From: Planctomycetota bacterium | Lineage (GTDB): Bacteria > Planctomycetota > B15-G4 | Length of the DNA stretch: 64,000 bases | Assembly (NCBI GenBank): GCA_029259715.1 | Contig: JAJDEP010000003.1 | Location: 301,370-365,369 of the forward strand | Direction of reading: 5' to 3' | In this document: positions 17,617-27,468 of the stretch, piece by piece | Layout of the letters: each line of letters opens with the position of its first letter | Position numbering within the stretch: the stretch's first letter is position 1 | Translations under genes and position numbers: made by a program | Notes under the pieces: model-generated | Told to the model about the DNA's origin: nothing | The model's input: only the letters and a program-made list of their open reading frames with translations | Database searches by the model: none

Positions 17617-20091
17617 CTAGCCGATCACGAAGTTGACGATGCGCCCGGGCACCGCCACCACCTTGCGGACCTGAGCCCCCGCGAGCAGTTCGGCGATGCG
17701 TTCGTCGGCCCGGGCGGCCGCCTCGAGCCCCGCGGCGTCGACGTCGGCCGGCACCGTGACGCGCGCCCGCACCTTGCCGTTGACCTGCACCGGCATCTCG
17801 ATGGTGTCCTGCACCAGCAGGCTCGCGTCCACCGCCGGCCACTCGTCCCAGGCCAGCTCCACCTCGTTGCCGAGCACGACCGCGTTGAGTTCCTCGGCCA
17901 GGTGCGGCGCGAAGGGCTCGAGCAGCATCAGGAAATCCCGGGCCAGCGACCGGGGCATGCCGATGGCCTGTCCGGCGGCGGCCTCCCGGGTGACGACGTT
18001 GACGAATTCCATCATGGCCGAGATGGCCGTGTTGAAGGCCAGCTCGTCGAGGTCCGCCGTGACCTTGGCGGCGCAGGCGGCGAAAGCCCGGGCCACCGTC
18101 TCGGTGGGCTCGGCATCGACCACCACGCTGTTCCCCTCCTGGTCGACGAAGGTGCGATGGACCCGCTTGAGGAAGCGCCGCGTCCCCGAGAGCCCGTTGG
18201 TCTGCCAGGGCTTGGTGGCGGTCAGCGGCCCCATGAACATCTCGTAGAGGCGGAAGGCGTCGGCCCCGAATTCGCCCACCACGTCGTCGGGATTGACCAC
18301 GTTGCCCCGGCTCTTGGACATCTTCTCGTTGTCCTCGCCCAGGATCATCCCCTGGCACACGAGCTTGGTGAACGGCTCGGCCACCGAGACCAGACCGGCG
18401 TCGTGCAGCACCATGTGCCAGAAGCGCGCGTACATCAGGTGCAACACGGCGTGCTCGGAGCCGCCGATGTAGAGGTCGACGGGCAGCCAGTAGTCGGCCG
18501 CCTCGCGGGTCAGGAAGGCGTCTTCGTTGTTGGGGTCGACGAAGCGCAGGTAGTACCAGCACGAGCCCGCCCACTGGGGCATGGTGTTGGTCTCGCGCCG
18601 CACGGGTTCGCCGGTCTCCGGATCGGTGGTCGCGACCCAATCCTCTACGGCGGCCAGCGGCGGCTCGCCGTCGCCGGTGGGTTCGAAACGCTCCACGGGC
18701 GGCAGGGTCAGGGGCAGCTGGTCCTCAGGCACGGGCACCACCGTGCCGTCCGCCCGGTGCAGCAGCGGGATCGGCTCGCCCCAGTAGCGCTGGCGGCTGA
18801 AGAGCCAGTCGCGCAGCTTGGTGTGGATGGCCGCCTTGCCCTTCCCGTGCTGCTCGAGCCACGCGATGGTGGCGGCCTTGGCCTCCGTCACGCCCATGCC
18901 GTCGAGGAAGCCGCTGTTCACGGCCGGGCCGTCCCCGGTGTAGGCCCCGCCTTCGAAGTCGTCGGGCGGCTGCACCGTGCGGACGATGGGCAGCTGATAG
19001 GTCTCGGCGAATTCCCAGTCGCGCTCGTCCTGACCCGGCACGGCCATGATGGCCCCGGTGCCGTAGCCGCTGAGCACGTAGTCGGCCACCCAGATGGGGA
19101 TGGGCTGATCGTTCATCGGGTTGATCGCGTAACGCCCGGTGAACACGCCCGTCTTGGTCTTCGACGCGGTGCGGTCGAGTTCGCTCTTGTTCACGGCCTC
19201 GTCGCGATAGGCCGCGCACTCCGCCCGCTGCTCGTCCGTGACGAGGGCGTCGAAGTGGCCGTGCTCGGGCGCGACAACCATGTAGGTCGCGCCGAAGAGG
19301 GTGTCGGGCCGCGTCGTGAACACGGTGAGGGTCTGTTGGGTCCCCTGCACTGTGTCGAGTCCTTGCACGGGGAAGTCCACCTCGGCGCCGAAGCTGCGGC
19401 CGATCCAGTTGCGCTGCAACGCCTTGATGTTCTCGGGCCAGTCGACATCGCTCAGCCCCGCTTCGAGCCGCTCCGCGTACTCGGTGATGCGCAGCATCCA
19501 CTGACGCATGGGCCGACGCTCGACGGGATGCCCGCCCACCTCGCTCTTGCCGTCGATGACCTCCTCGTTGGCGAGCACCGTGCCCAGGGCCTGGCACCAA
19601 TTGACCGGCACCTCGGCCTGGTAGGCCAGTCCCCGCTCGAACAGCTTCAGGAAGATCCACTGGGTCCAGCGGTAGTAGCGCGGATCGGAGGTGGCGATCT
19701 CCCGGCTCCAGTCGTAGCTGAAGCCCAGCGCGCGCAGCTGCCGCCGGAAGTTGTCGATGTTGCGCGCGGTGGTCTCAGCCGGGTGCACGCCGGTCTTGAT
19801 GGCGTACTGCTCCGCCGGCAGGCCGAAGCTGTCCCAGCCCATGGGGTGCAGCACGTTGTGGCCGCGATGGCGCTTGTAGCGCGCCACGATGTCGGTGGCC
19901 GTGTAGCTCAGCGGGTGGCCGACGTGCAGGCCGTCGCCGCTCGGGTACGGGAACATGTCCAGCACGTAGTACTTCGGGCGGGTCCGGTCGTCCCGCGCCG
20001 CGAAGGTGGCCGACTCGATCCAGCGGGCCTGCCAGCGAGCCTCGATGGCACGGTGGTCGTAGACGCCGGCCGTAGGGCGGGTCAGGGTCAT
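17617..20091 (-). CDS. leuS: Leucine--tRNA ligase
   Basis: [54 protein letters not shown]. Confidence 0.97.
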   Translation of the reverse strand: MTLTRPTAGVYDHRAIEARWQARWIESATFAARDDRTRPKYYVLDMFPYPSGDGLHVGHPLSYTATDIVARYKRHRGHNVLHPMGWDSFGLPAEQYAIKTGVHPAETTARNIDNFRRQLRALGFSYDWSREIATSDPRYYRWTQWIFLKLFERGLAYQAEVPVNWCQALGTVLANEEVIDGKSEVGGHPVERRPMRQWMLRITEYAERLEAGLSDVDWPENIKALQRNWIGRSFGAEVDFPVQGLDTVQGTQQTLTVFTTRPDTLFGATYMVVAPEHGHFDALVTDEQRAECAAYRDEAVNKSELDRTASKTKTGVFTGRYAINPMNDQPIPIWVADYVLSGYGTGAIMAVPGQDERDWEFAETYQLPIVRTVQPPDDFEGGAYTGDGPAVNSGFLDGMGVTEAKAATIAWLEQHGKGKAAIHTKLRDWLFSRQRYWGEPIPLLHRADGTVVPVPEDQLPLTLPPVERFEPTGDGEPPLAAVEDWVATTDPETGEPVRRETNTMPQWAGSCWYYLRFVDPNNEDAFLTREAADYWLPVDLYIGGSEHAVLHLMYARFWHMVLHDAGLVSVAEPFTKLVCQGMILGEDNEKMSKSRGNVVNPDDVVGEFGADAFRLYEMFMGPLTATKPWQTNGLSGTRRFLKRVHRTFVDQEGNSVVVDAEPTETVARAFAACAAKVTADLDELAFNTAISAMMEFVNVVTREAAAGQAIGMPRSLARDFLMLLEPFAPHLAEELNAVVLGNEVELAWDEWPAVDASLLVQDTIEMPVQVNGKVRARVTVPADVDAAGLEAAARADERIAELLAGAQVRKVVAVPGRIVNFVIG

Positions 20092-20215
20092 GGGGCGAGC
20101 CTCGGAAACCGGGAAGGATAACGGCTCGACGGAGAGGCCAGAAATCCCTTGCGTGGTCCGGGGGCTGTGCCTAGTTTCGCGCCAACGTTGCGCCGCTCCC
20201 GAAGGGCGCACCGAT

Positions 20216-20291
20216 GGGCGCTTAGCTCAGCTGGTAGAGCATCTGGCTGGCAGCCAGAAGGTCAGGGGTTCGACCCCCCTAGCGTCCACCA
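20216..20291 (+). tRNA. tRNA-Ala(GGC)
   Basis: Cloverleaf with acceptor stem GGGCGCT/AGCGTCC and the G3:U70 Ala identity pair; anticodon stem TCTGG/CCAGA with loop CTGGCAG; GGTTCGA T-loop; encoded CCA. Confidence 0.96.
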
Positions 20292-20409
20292 TGCCTCTCC
20301 GGGCCCTCTCGCCCGACGCGAAGGCCCGCCCGGCGTGATGGCCGACCGCAAGTCACGCCCAAGCGTCGACGATGAAGGGGATCAAGCCCCCTTCCCGGAA
20401 CTCGAAGCG

Positions 20410-21753
20410 ATGATTCGGCACCCTCTCGGTCGCGTGGCCCTCGTGGCCTGCGCGAGCCTGCTGGCCCTCGGGGCCGGCGGCAAGAAGTCCGCACTCCAGG
20501 TCCCCAGGGCCTTCCCCACCATTCAGGCCGCCGTCGACGCCGCCGTTCCGGGCGATGTGATCAAGGTCGGCAAGGGGACCTACGCCGAAGCCGTGGTCAT
20601 CGCCACCGACGGCCTGACCCTGATCGGCCGCCGCTCGGTCGTCGACCCGGCCTACGCGGGGCCCTGCTTCAGCGTGAACGCCGACGACGTGACCATCAAC
20701 GGTTTCACCCTGCGCAACGGCAGCCTCGGCGTGTCCGCCACGGGCGACGGCATCAGCCTGATCAAGAACATCGTCGAGGCCTCGGCCGGGGTCGGCCTCT
20801 CGGTCACCGGCGAAGGCGCCGCGGTGATCTCCAACGCCGTGCGGGCCGCCGGCGGCGACGGCATACGTGTGCGCGGCCCGGTGGGCGCCTTCGGGATCAC
20901 GGGCGAAAACCCCTCCCAGGTCCACACCAACAAGGTCCAGCAGTCCGGCGAGGACGGCATCGACGTGGTCGACGTGAACAGCACGATCCGCCGCAATCTG
21001 TGCACCTCCAACGGCTTCCACGGGATCCGCTCCGAGCTCGGAGGCGTCTTCGTGGCCGGCGGACCGGCCTCCCTCGTCTCGGGCAACCAGGGTCACTTCA
21101 ACGCCTTCGACGGCCTGCAGATCGAGTCGTACTTCGGGACGGGCGTCGACGTGGTCACCAACACCACCCGCTTCAACGGCCAGGACGGACTGCGGGTGCT
21201 GGGGTTCCACTTCACGGTGAACGGCAATCGCTCCGGCAACAACGCCCGCCACGGGCTGTGCCACTCGGGCCAGGCCGCCGTCCTGAGCAGCAACCGCTGC
21301 GAGAGCAACGGCGGCGTGGGCCTCATGTCCGAGGGCTTCGTCAGCGGGGGCGACGGCGGGGTCGCCGGCGACGTGGGCATCACGCTGCAGAGCAACCGTT
21401 GCCAGGGCAACGGGCGTGACGGCATCCACGCGGCCGGCGGACGTTTCGCCATCCTGGGCAACACGTCGTCAGCCAACCTCGGTGACGGCATCGACCTCGA
21501 CCGGCTCGCCCCCGGCCAGGACCCCGGTGACGGTGGCGAACCCACCAACCTCGAGGACAACTCCTGCAAGGACAACGGCCACGACGGCATCGACAACTCG
21601 GCGCTGGGCACCTCCATCCGCTCGAATCAGAGCAGCAACAACGGCGGGGTCGACCTGGCCGGTGCCGGCGACGGATCGGGCACCGTGGCGACCTTCGACA
21701 GCAACAAATTCGGCACCGGCGGCGCCGATGCCGTCCAGTTGCTCGACCTCTGA
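20410..21753 (+). CDS. Secreted right-handed parallel beta-helix repeat protein (NosD/pectin-lyase-like)
   Basis: Signal-like N-terminus; VPRAFPTIQAAVDAA.PGDVIKVGKGTY; repeated N...N..DGI units. Confidence 0.85.
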   Translation: MIRHPLGRVALVACASLLALGAGGKKSALQVPRAFPTIQAAVDAAVPGDVIKVGKGTYAEAVVIATDGLTLIGRRSVVDPAYAGPCFSVNADDVTINGFTLRNGSLGVSATGDGISLIKNIVEASAGVGLSVTGEGAAVISNAVRAAGGDGIRVRGPVGAFGITGENPSQVHTNKVQQSGEDGIDVVDVNSTIRRNLCTSNGFHGIRSELGGVFVAGGPASLVSGNQGHFNAFDGLQIESYFGTGVDVVTNTTRFNGQDGLRVLGFHFTVNGNRSGNNARHGLCHSGQAAVLSSNRCESNGGVGLMSEGFVSGGDGGVAGDVGITLQSNRCQGNGRDGIHAAGGRFAILGNTSSANLGDGIDLDRLAPGQDPGDGGEPTNLEDNSCKDNGHDGIDNSALGTSIRSNQSSNNGGVDLAGAGDGSGTVATFDSNKFGTGGADAVQLLDL

Positions 21754-21819
21754 GCGGACCGCGGCTCCTCCCGATCAGGCCCTACGGGTTCAGGAACGAG
21801 CATTCTCAGCGAATTGGGT

Positions 21820-21847
21820 CCAGGTCATGGCTCACATGCTCCGATAG
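21820..21847 (+). promoter_or_regulatory. Putative sigma28-like promoter (weak copy)
   Basis: CCAGG-N15-TCCGATAG upstream of pilin cassette A. Confidence 0.4.
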
Positions 21848-21904
21848 CCATATTCGATTGCTCACATGTCCCTGTTCCAACGACATCGGATCCCGACAAG
21901 CCCG

Positions 21905-23170
21905 ATGAACACGCTGCACGTCCCCGAACGTCGTGCCCGCTCGGCAGGCTTCACCCTGGTGGAGCTGCTGATCGCGAGCGCTTTGAGCGCCATCGTGCTC
22001 ATGGCCTCGGCCCATGCCGCGGGCATGTTCGCGACGCAGCTGCAGGACCTCACGGATGAAGGCGACAGCGAACTCGAGCGGGCCCTGGCCACCATCATCC
22101 ATGACGTGCGCTACGCCTGGTGGGCCGAGGTCACCGGCACCTCGGCCTCCATCGTGGCCGGGCCGGCGGGCAAGGAAACCACCTACGCCTACGACGACGA
22201 TCGCCTGACCGTCACCGACACCCGCGGCAACACCGACGTGCTGGCCTACGGCCTCGAGTCGGCCACCTTCTCGGCCGCCACGATGACGCGCTACCGCGAG
22301 GACGACCCCGTCTCCGCCAGCGAGGCGTTCTGGTGGAGCAGCGCCCCTGTCACGGCCGCCGTGCCTTTGGTGCTGATGGAGGGCGACACGCTCGGCCTGG
22401 GCTTCACGGTGCGCTCCGCCTCCCCCTGGGACTCCTCGGTGGAGGGCATCGAGGAGCAGTTGCTGAGCGCCACCCTCGATCAACTCGAGCTGCCCCTCGC
22501 GACCCTCGTTTCCAACGGCGCCACGCTGCAGATCGCCTTGCACCGGGCGCGCTCTCCGGGAGACGGTCGGCCCGAGGGCCCGCCCCTTTCGACCAAGCTG
22601 ATCCGGCTCAACACCCTGCCGCTGAAGGCCTTCACCGTCTTTGATGTCGACAAGCTCCTGACCTTGCCCACTCCGCTCCTGCCACCTCTCGGCAGGGCCC
22701 CCTGGTGGGTGGACGACCATGATCTGGTCTTCAAGACCACGGCCCCGACCACCGACGTGCCGCTCTCGCTGTGGGGTGCGGCCCGGGCCATCGAGCCCGG
22801 CGTCAGCTACACGCTGCTGCTGAGCGTGATCGGCGATGGCGCGGTGGTCCTGCGCGTGCACCCGCTACTCACGTCCGTCGGCTCGGGACTGAGCCTCATG
22901 TCAGACCTCGACAAGACCGGCATCCCGGACATGGAACACGACGCTTACACGCCCATCGCCTACGCCGTGCCGTGCCGCCTGCGCGGCGTGGTGACGGCCA
23001 CCAGCACCCTGGCGACCGAGGTGGTCACCCGCATCGACGTGATGCTGCGCGACACCTCGGGACTCACCGCCCGCGGTTCGGCCAACCTGTCCGGGCAGAC
23101 GCTGGCCATGCACCCGTGGCTCGGCGCCATCCCGGGCGAGGCGCCCGTGCTCACGGGGGCCGCGCCGTGA
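21905..23170 (+). CDS. Large minor pilin, PilW/GspJ-like (cassette A)
   Basis: Class III signal RSAG|FTLVELLIA; IIHDVRYAWWA; C-terminal HPWLGAIPGE; paralog of 24823 and 29073. Confidence 0.8.
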   Translation: MNTLHVPERRARSAGFTLVELLIASALSAIVLMASAHAAGMFATQLQDLTDEGDSELERALATIIHDVRYAWWAEVTGTSASIVAGPAGKETTYAYDDDRLTVTDTRGNTDVLAYGLESATFSAATMTRYREDDPVSASEAFWWSSAPVTAAVPLVLMEGDTLGLGFTVRSASPWDSSVEGIEEQLLSATLDQLELPLATLVSNGATLQIALHRARSPGDGRPEGPPLSTKLIRLNTLPLKAFTVFDVDKLLTLPTPLLPPLGRAPWWVDDHDLVFKTTAPTTDVPLSLWGAARAIEPGVSYTLLLSVIGDGAVVLRVHPLLTSVGSGLSLMSDLDKTGIPDMEHDAYTPIAYAVPCRLRGVVTATSTLATEVVTRIDVMLRDTSGLTARGSANLSGQTLAMHPWLGAIPGEAPVLTGAAP

Positions 23171-23673
23171 AGCCGAAGACGTCCCGTCGCCCCCGTTCGG
23201 TCCGCTGCGCCGGCCTGACCCTGCTCGAGGTCATGGGCGCCACCATCGTGCTGAGCATGGCCGTGGTGTCGAGTTCGTACGTGATGTCGCAGGCGACGAC
23301 GACCCGCGCCAGCATGCACGCGGGTCCCATCGACGCGGCGCTGCTGGCGGCCCACATCCATGAGGCGGCCCTGGGCCTCTCGAGGGAACCCAGCGGGCTG
23401 GGCATCGCCACCTCGGGTTCCGACGTGCTGGCCCTCGACACCCTCGACGGCGCCGTGTTCTCGCCGCCCATCGACGCCCAGCTGGAAGTGATCCCCGCTT
23501 CCACGGGCTGGGCCCAGCACGTCGACCTGCGCATCGTCGACCCCGCCGATCCCGAAAACTCGCGCGCCCTCACCACGGCCGACTCCATGGGCGAAGAGGT
23601 CATCGAGCTGGTGGTGACGATCAGCGAGTTCGGCCGTTCCAAGGGTGAATTCACGTGGTGGCTCACGCCGTGA
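23167..23673 (+). CDS. Minor pilin, PilV/GspI-like (cassette A)
   Basis: GTGA coupling; CAG|LTLLEVM; LDGAVFSPPIDA; ends FTWWLTP. Confidence 0.78.
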   Translation: MKPKTSRRPRSVRCAGLTLLEVMGATIVLSMAVVSSSYVMSQATTTRASMHAGPIDAALLAAHIHEAALGLSREPSGLGIATSGSDVLALDTLDGAVFSPPIDAQLEVIPASTGWAQHVDLRIVDPADPENSRALTTADSMGEEVIELVVTISEFGRSKGEFTWWLTP

Positions 23674-24698
23674 CGACCCTCGACCCGCGACGCACCGGCG
23701 CCGGTCCCCAGGGCGGCTACGTGCTGCTCACCGTGCTGCTGCTGTCGATCCTGATGGTGTCCGGAACGGTGGGCTACGCCCGCTACGCGCTGCAGGCCGA
23801 GCAGCACGACGTGGCCGCGCTCGGCAATCACTCGGCCCGCGAGGCGGCCCTGTCCGGGCTCGCCTATGCCCGCCAGGCCCTGGCCTCGGGAACCCTCGCG
23901 TCGTCCACCACCGTGCAGGTCGGCGGCGCCGCCGTCGACATCCTGCTCACCGACGCCGGCAACGATCGGCACCTGCTCACCATCGAGTCCCTGGACGAAG
24001 GCCTCGGCGCCCGCATCGTAGCCGAGGCCGCTGTGATCCCCTCGGCCAGCGGCGACATGCCCCGCATCGATCCCGTAGCGGCCGCCGCGATCCTGGCGGA
24101 CAGTGCCACCCAGAAGGAGGAGGGCACCAAGGAGGACAAGACCTTCGAGGGCCACCTGGTCGTCAAGAAGGGCAAGACGCTGAACTTGATCAACGTCGTG
24201 GTCAAGGGCTCGATCTTCTCCGAGACGGCGTTGCTCGCGGCCATCGACGGCTTGCCCTACGACGACATCGAGTACACCGGCGACGAGACCGCGCTCGTGA
24301 TCGAGGGCGGCCTGCGCGTGGACGGGGTCGGCGCCATGGCGGGTGTCTCCATCTTCATGCCGGAGGGTTCCGTCTCCGCCGATGACGAGACCCAGATCGA
24401 ATTGAACGGCGCGGTGGTGTCCAACACGCTGCTGCTCGACGGTCACGGCGTCATCGCCGGCCCGCTGCTGACGCAGAACACACCAACTGTGAACTCGCTC
24501 ATCGATCGGCCGGGCGAAGGCCGGGCGCCGCGCCCCTGGCCCACCGCGTTGACTCACGCCTCGTATGAGATCGATTGGATCGCGTTTCCCGATCAGGACG
24601 TGACCGCCGCAGAGAAGGCCGCCCTGGCGGGCTTCCTGTTCCCGGCCAAGCTCGGAGCGGCCGTTGTGGCGCAATCGGTCTCGCCGCCCAACCCGTGA
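23670..24698 (+). CDS. PilX/GspK-like minor pilin with a predicted beta-solenoid C-terminal region (cassette A)
   Basis: QGG|YVLLTVLLL lacks E5, as in PilX/GspK; AREAALSGLAYA; RPGEGRAPRPW. Confidence 0.72.
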   Translation: MTTLDPRRTGAGPQGGYVLLTVLLLSILMVSGTVGYARYALQAEQHDVAALGNHSAREAALSGLAYARQALASGTLASSTTVQVGGAAVDILLTDAGNDRHLLTIESLDEGLGARIVAEAAVIPSASGDMPRIDPVAAAAILADSATQKEEGTKEDKTFEGHLVVKKGKTLNLINVVVKGSIFSETALLAAIDGLPYDDIEYTGDETALVIEGGLRVDGVGAMAGVSIFMPEGSVSADDETQIELNGAVVSNTLLLDGHGVIAGPLLTQNTPTVNSLIDRPGEGRAPRPWPTALTHASYEIDWIAFPDQDVTAAEKAALAGFLFPAKLGAAVVAQSVSPPNP

Positions 24699-24734
24699 CA
24701 CCCTTGCGCCCTGCGACGGGGCGCCGGGAACCCC

Positions 24735-24763
24735 TCAACTCGTCACCAGCGCGCCTCCGATAG
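24735..24763 (+). promoter_or_regulatory. Putative sigma28-like promoter
   Basis: TCAAC-N16-TCCGATAG upstream of cassette B. Confidence 0.55.
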
Positions 24764-24822
24764 GGAAAGTACGGGTCCGCGCCCGCTCGCCGGCCCGTGA
24801 TCCCCTACCGGAATCCCCCGGC

Positions 24823-26160
24823 ATGCCGTCCCCGCACCGTCGACTCCGCCCCGCGGCGGCCTTCACCCTGGTCGAACTGCTCGTCGCCAGCACCCTGGGC
24901 GCGCTGCTCATGGTCGCGGCCGCCACCCTGGCCGGCAGCTTCAGCCAGAGCGTCGCGACCCTCATGGAAGACGTGGCGCCCGAGCACGAGACCGCCCTGG
25001 CGCGCATGGCCCGCGACGTGCGCTACGCGTGGTGGACCGACGTGCCGTCCGCCGATCGACTCATCGTGGACGACCACCAGAGCCGGCGGACCGTGTACCG
25101 CATCGACGGCACCGAAATCATCGCGCGCCATCCGGACGGCGAGGAGGGTGTGCTGGCCGAAGGCGTGGGCTCGCTGTCCTTCCAGGCGATCACGATGCAA
25201 CGCCTGCGCGAAGGGCCCCAGGTCACAGAGAACACAATCATCGCCGCGACCTCGCCCGTCTACGCCGACATGAAGGCCGTCGTCATCGGAGACGGCGCCA
25301 GCCAGGCGGTGGGCTTCGTGATCGACAGCGTGGTCGGCGAACGCTCCGTGACCTCGGTGGACGAGCAGGTGGTCGGCGCGACCATCGAGTCCATCGCGCT
25401 GCCCCTGGCTCAGGGCACCGGCAAGGGCACGGTCACCTTCGAGATCTATCCCGCGTGGGCGCCCGGCAACGGACGGCCCCGGCCCGGCGCGAACTCACTG
25501 GGTTCCGTCACCTTCCCGCTCTCCGCCTTCTCGCCGGCCGTCCAAGACCACCCCCATCACCCACACCACGTGACGGACATCCTGAAGGACCAGTACGGCG
25601 TCAAGCTCGAGGTGCCCGATCCCCGGGGTGGTCTGTTCGGATTGCTGCGCCTGAACGTCGACACCCAGGCAGACCTGACCGAAGTCCTCGACAAGTTCGA
25701 CCTGCTCGAGATCGAATCCGGCTTCGACGTCTCCACGACGGACCGCTATGAGGAGACGGGATTCTTCCTGCCCTCGGTGTCCACGGTGAACCTCGACACC
25801 GCCGGAGCCTTTCCGACCCTCGTGCCGGGCGTCGCCTACACCCTCGTCATGAGCATCAGCGGCAACGGCTCGCTGGCGGTGGTCACCACGGACAAGGTCT
25901 CCGCCTCCCAGAGCACCGTGGCGGCGCGCGAAAACGCCACCAAGAGTCTCGTGGCCGAGGACTATCAGTTCGCCGTGACGCTTTCCGGCACGCGCACGAT
26001 CACGAGCACCATCGCCAGCGACGAGGTCGCCCTGGTGCGCATGGACCTGCAGACCAGCGGCGGACAGCGTGCCTCCCGGGCCGCCGGCGTCTTCAGCCAG
26101 GTGGTGGCCGAGGATCCCTGGATGGGCGTGGTCGAAGGGGACCCCCCGCCCGAACCGTAG
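24823..26160 (+). CDS. Large minor pilin, PilW/GspJ-like (cassette B)
   Basis: AAA|FTLVELLVAS; MARDVRYAWW; C-terminal DPWMGVVEGD; His-rich insertion. Confidence 0.8.
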   Translation: MPSPHRRLRPAAAFTLVELLVASTLGALLMVAAATLAGSFSQSVATLMEDVAPEHETALARMARDVRYAWWTDVPSADRLIVDDHQSRRTVYRIDGTEIIARHPDGEEGVLAEGVGSLSFQAITMQRLREGPQVTENTIIAATSPVYADMKAVVIGDGASQAVGFVIDSVVGERSVTSVDEQVVGATIESIALPLAQGTGKGTVTFEIYPAWAPGNGRPRPGANSLGSVTFPLSAFSPAVQDHPHHPHHVTDILKDQYGVKLEVPDPRGGLFGLLRLNVDTQADLTEVLDKFDLLEIESGFDVSTTDRYEETGFFLPSVSTVNLDTAGAFPTLVPGVAYTLVMSISGNGSLAVVTTDKVSASQSTVAARENATKSLVAEDYQFAVTLSGTRTITSTIASDEVALVRMDLQTSGGQRASRAAGVFSQVVAEDPWMGVVEGDPPPEP

Positions 26161-26291
26161 GCCCCGCGCCGCGGTCGGGACCACAGGCCGTTCCGGGCCC
26201 GCATGCGGCCGTCCTCGGGGGTCTCGGGGGGGATTGCGCCCTCATCGCCCCGCCCCCCGGTGTGCCCGTCTCGAAAGGGGGACGCGGCGTC

Positions 26292-26319
26292 TCAAGTCGC
26301 CTTCAAGGCGTGCCGAAAG
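26292..26319 (+). promoter_or_regulatory. Putative sigma28-like promoter
   Basis: TCAAG-N15-GCCGAAAG upstream of the major pilin at 26381. Confidence 0.6.
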
Positions 26320-26380
26320 CAATCAGGTTGACCGGGCGGCTGTTCGCGCGGTGACGGAACACTTCCGGAGACATCTAGTC

Positions 26381-26842
26381 ATGTCGAAGCAAGATCGAAA
26401 GAACGCCGGCTTCACGCTGGTCGAACTGCTGATCGTCGTGATCATCCTCGGCATCCTCGCCGCGGTGGTCATTCCGCAGTTCAACACGGCGGCCGCCGAA
26501 TCCAAGGAAGCCGCGTTGGCTTCCAACCTCGCGACCATTCGTCAGGCCGTCGAGCTCTACAAGGTTCAGCACAACGACGCATTCCCCGGTTCGGGCATCG
26601 TCGACCAGCTGACGCTTTCCACGGATGTTGATGGTGCGACCACGGGCACCAAGTACGGCCCGTACATCCGCAACGCGTTCCCGAAGAACCCGATCGACGG
26701 TGACTCCACCGTGACGGCCGCAACCTCCATCTCGACTCCCAGCGGTACGTCAGTGGGTTGGGCTTACAACACCGTCAACGGCGAGTTCCGCGCGAACGTG
26801 GACGGTGCTGGCCCGAGCGGCGTGAACTACCACGACCTGTAG
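26381..26842 (+). CDS. Major pilin/pseudopilin (PilA/GspG-like) 1
   Basis: NAG|FTLVELLIVVIILGILAAVVIPQF; KYGPYI; GWAYNTVNGEFRAN; GGAG RBS. Confidence 0.9.
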   Translation: MSKQDRKNAGFTLVELLIVVIILGILAAVVIPQFNTAAAESKEAALASNLATIRQAVELYKVQHNDAFPGSGIVDQLTLSTDVDGATTGTKYGPYIRNAFPKNPIDGDSTVTAATSISTPSGTSVGWAYNTVNGEFRANVDGAGPSGVNYHDL

Positions 26843-26875
26843 TCTCCAGCCTCTCTGAGCTCCAGCTCCGGAAGC

Positions 26876-26912
26876 GGGCCCGGCGAGAGGGCATACCCCT
26901 CTCGCCGGGTCC
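26876..26912 (+). terminator. Strong 16-bp hairpin after the major pilin gene (attenuator or mRNA stabiliser; no U-tract)
   Basis: GGGCCCGGCGAGAGGG-CATAC-CCCTCTCGCCGGGTCC, extendable by CTCCGGAAGC/GCTTCGGGAG. Confidence 0.55.
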
Positions 26913-26970
26913 ACGCCGGCTTCGGGAGAGCGAGAGTGCACCATCCGGGCGCACCCACGGAGCGCCGATC

Positions 26971-27468
26971 ATGACCGCGAGCACGACCAGACACGCCGGC
27001 TTCACGTTCATCGAACTGATGCTGGCCACATTGTTCCTCGGGACCATGCTGGTCGCGGCTTCGTCGGCCATCGGTTCGGCCGCGGTGACGAAGGAACACG
27101 GGCGGACGGTGCCCCAGACCGCTCTCGACTTCGCCCAGGAGATCCACGCGGCCTCCATGCTGCTGCCGCGCGCTCCCGGCGCCGGCGTCGCGGCCACTTC
27201 GGGAGCCGGCGTCTCGATCCTCGAGGACCTGGACGGCGCCGTGTTCTCGCCCCCCATCGACGCGGGCCGGCAGGCCTTTGCCGGCTCGACACGCTGGACC
27301 CAGCGCGTCGCGCTCGAACGGGTGCTCGTGGCGGATCCCTCCACGACGGCCCCGGTGCCCGATGAAGAAGTCGGGGAGGAGGAAGCCCCATGGATCTACG
27401 TCCTGATCGTCACCATGGAACTCGACGGCGCCCCCCAGGGCAGCTACAGCTGGTGGATCCGGCCGTGA
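26971..27468 (+). CDS. Minor pilin, PilV/GspI-like (cassette B)
   Basis: HAG|FTFIELMLAT; AQEIHAA; LDGAVFSPPIDA; ends YSWWIRP. Confidence 0.8.
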   Translation: MTASTTRHAGFTFIELMLATLFLGTMLVAASSAIGSAAVTKEHGRTVPQTALDFAQEIHAASMLLPRAPGAGVAATSGAGVSILEDLDGAVFSPPIDAGRQAFAGSTRWTQRVALERVLVADPSTTAPVPDEEVGEEEAPWIYVLIVTMELDGAPQGSYSWWIRP

